A stretch of 63,962 bases of DNA, the filler included, from Octopus bimaculoides (lineage: Eukaryota): assembly GCF_001194135.2 (NCBI RefSeq). It is 6 parts of 6 records of this genome, joined end to end, with 100 filler letters (N's around TTAATTAATTAA, not from the genome) between each part and the next. Parts side by side here need not be neighbours in the genome. Positions count along the whole stretch, not along the records: positions 54,628 to 63,962 come from NC_068986.1; 5 more parts are not named here. The stretch is one strand, 5' to 3'. Positions 63,052-63,962 of the stretch are shown here, piece by piece. Both the position numbers and the translations under genes were made by a program. Positions within the stretch are counted from its first letter, which is position 1. Every line of letters begins with the position of its first letter. The notes below the pieces were generated by a model. The model did not search any database. It had not been told where the DNA came from and worked only from the letters and a program-made list of their open reading frames with translations.

Positions 63052-63962
63052 GGCACTCAATGAACAAATGGCAGACAGTACTACAGCTCCAAACAAAACA
63101 GGGACTTGTGAAAACGAAAGCCATCCCCATTAGAAGAGGAATATTCCAGGGAGACACGCTCTCTCCACTCCTGTTCTGCCTGGCACTCACACCTTTAACA
63201 GAATTGCTAAAGAGAACTGGATGCGGTTACAAATGCTACGGAAAGACGGTCAGCCATCTTCTATATATGGATGACCTAAAATTATATGCTAAAAACGACA
63301 GAGAGCTAGACACATTACTACAGACATTACACGGCTTTACCAAGGAAATAGATATGAAATTCGGATTAGAAAAATGTGCCAAAGCAACCCTGAAAAGAGG
63401 AAAATTAGTTAAAAGTAGCAATATAACACTAGATAAAGCCAATGAAATAAGAGAACTAGACGAAAGCCAACCATACAAGTATTTAGGAGTCAATGAACTA
63501 GATACGATGCAACATACACAAATGAAAAAAAGAAATAAAGAAAGAGTACTATAGACGAGTTAGATCAATACTAAAAACAGAGCTCAATGCTAAAAACAAG
63601 ATAATGGGTATCAATACTTTAGCTGTCCCAGTTATAAGCTACAGCTACAACATCCTTAACTGGACACTAAACGAACTATGTAAAATAGACAGGAAAACAA
63701 GAAAAATAATGACAGGATATAGGATGCACCACCCAAAATCTGACATAGAAAGGCTATATATACAACACACAGAAGGTGGCAGGGCTCTTATACAGCTAGA
63801 AAACTATGATAAAATAAACACCATAGGACTGCAAAAATACCTACTCTAGAAGCAAGGAAAACTAATACAAATAGCCACAAAACACCAGCAAAACAAAAAA
63901 CTGTTTTCGGTATTTAAGGAAGCTGACAATTACAAACAAGAAATCAATCTACCTAACAAATA
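63051..63962 (+). mobile_element. R4/Dong-type retrotransposon RT domain, copy 4 (5'-truncated at (TAA)n; runs off the window)
   Basis: IRRGIFQGDTLSPLLFCLAL...SHLLYMDDLKLYAKN...MKFGLEKCAK...YKYLGV...KIMGINTLAVPVISYS, with one frameshift near 63535. Confidence 0.92.

Overview
AT-rich animal genomic DNA with many N gaps and very dense microsatellites. I infer a coleoid cephalopod, probably Octopus, from the SINE and microsatellite landscape and the TTAGGG motifs; this is not verified by any search. The only well-supported host gene is a pair of + strand exons (9379-9568, 10627-10753) of an MFS transporter of the oxalate:formate-antiporter-like (OFA) type; I could not find its other exons. The rest is intronic or intergenic. 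It contains three abundant tRNA-derived SINE families and decayed retroelements (RTE-like, Tx1/L1-like, CR1-group, and a cluster of R4/Dong-type RLE elements sitting in (TAA)n tracts). It also contains mariner, Helitron-like and hAT-like fragments and several fold-back/MITE-like palindromes. Five identical 44N-TTAATTAATTAA-44N linkers mark artificial joins, so the six segments may not be truly contiguous. The most notable items are: a minimal type-I hammerhead-like motif with a compensatory U3-A8 core; a ~760-bp palindrome enclosing head-to-head TTAGGG/CCCTAA repeats; the Dong/(TAA)n array; a NAGNAG acceptor in the MFS gene; and several long hairpins. Most ORFs in the supplied track are microsatellite or N-gap artefacts. 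Repeat boundaries are read by eye and are approximate unless given with a quoted sequence.
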